A DNA stretch of 63,920 nt, filler included, from Rhabdomonas costata (taxonomy: Eukaryota), in NCBI GenBank assembly GCA_019059605.1. It is 38 parts of 38 records of this genome, joined end to end, with 100 filler letters (N's around TTAATTAATTAA, not from the genome) between each part and the next. Parts side by side here need not be neighbours in the genome. Positions count along the whole stretch, not along the records: positions 62,337 to 63,920 come from JAHMHO010012594.1; 37 more parts are not named here. One strand, written 5' to 3'. Every line of letters starts with the position of its first letter. Within the stretch, counting starts at the first letter, position 1. The notes under the pieces are model-generated. The model ran no database searches and was not told the origin of the DNA. It saw only the letters and a list, made by a program, of their open reading frames with translations. Positions 63,877 through 63,920 of the stretch are shown piece by piece. Both the position numbers and the translations under genes were made by a program.

Positions 63877-63920
63877 GTGTGTAATCTGTTTGTGATTGAT
63901 TGGTATACGGCAACACAAAC

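Noticed and set aside
79-63918. Most ORFs in the six-frame track
   Set aside because: They are antisense shadows, intron read-through, or run into N linkers. Real coding segments are short exons.
1-63920. Gene clustering or an operon-like system (e.g. hemerythrin + MASE3 + kinase)
   Set aside because: Contigs have near-identical lengths and appear ordered by size, so adjacency carries no biological information.

Overview
This is not one locus. It is a concatenation of 38 unrelated contigs of about 1.58 kb, joined by artificial 100-bp linkers (N44-TTAATTAATTAA-N44). Many contig ends carry G/T-only or C/A-only tails resembling whole-genome-amplification primers, and three ends are perfect fold-backs, so this is probably a single-cell amplified assembly. 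The source is an intron-rich eukaryote, most likely a euglenozoan (euglenid-like; inferred from V-ATPase B and PIP5K resemblance plus abundant cis-introns). By joining GT-AG exons by hand I recover fragments of AP-3 delta, AMP deaminase, V-ATPase B, CDC23/APC8, CMTR1, PIP5K, DDX55/Spb4, a NEK-like kinase and a uL4-like protein. START, JmjC, SGNH, PSI, ankyrin, SHIPPO-like and dynein-MTBD-like proteins and a decayed Ty3/gypsy pol are also present. The most interesting signals are: an intron-containing gene for the bacterial-type MASE3 membrane sensor domain; an intron-containing bacteriohemerythrin-type domain followed by a membrane segment; a dispersed ~32-bp repeat family in tandem, spaced and inverted arrangements on four contigs; and a Zn-finger-JmjC fusion. 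All family calls come from recalled motifs, not database searches.
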